This document shows positions 63,969 through 64,000 of a DNA stretch of 64,000 nt, piece after piece (the first letter of the stretch is position 1; every line of letters begins with the position of its first letter). The stretch spans positions 14,012,001 to 14,076,000 of the forward strand of contig NC_135812.1 of NCBI RefSeq assembly GCF_964213995.1, read 5' to 3'. A program made the translations under genes and the position numbers. Below the pieces are notes generated by a model. That model worked only from the letters and a program-made list of their open reading frames with translations. It did not search any database and was not told the DNA's origin. The DNA comes from Mustelus asterias. Taxonomy: Eukaryota.

Positions 63969-64000
63969 ATTTACTCTGCTAATCCCCCTGACTCCAAGGG

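Overview
Eukaryotic genomic DNA, very likely from a cartilaginous fish (shark), judged from HE1/V-SINE-type, Deu-domain SINE, CR1 and Penelope repeats. Four intron-containing genes can be spliced by hand with consistent GT-AG phases. (1) A tapasin-family gene on the minus strand: 5 exons between 15543 and 2669, with no TM/cytoplasmic exon found in the window, and a perfect IRF-E/ISRE just upstream of its ATG. (2) EXO5 on the minus strand: 6 coding exons between 37050 and 21402, about 400 aa. (3) LIAT1/C17orf97 on the plus strand: 2 coding exons between 38237 and 43082, head-to-head with EXO5 across a CpG-rich promoter. (4) The last two exons of RFLNB on the minus strand. Most of the remainder is retroelement debris: CR1, L2, Rex1/Babar, SINEs, a solo LTR, and two Penelope-like families carrying minimal hammerhead ribozyme motifs. 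The most notable points are a non-MHC-linked, IFN-type tapasin paralogue lacking any unpaired N-domain Cys; an intron-rich EXO5 at the LIAT1-RFLNB locus; intact covarying hammerheads; and three locally templated chimeric insertions, one of which copies part of an EXO5 exon with its acceptor. I found no clearly new multi-gene system. Gene and family identities come from remembered motifs, not searches, and repeat boundaries are approximate.
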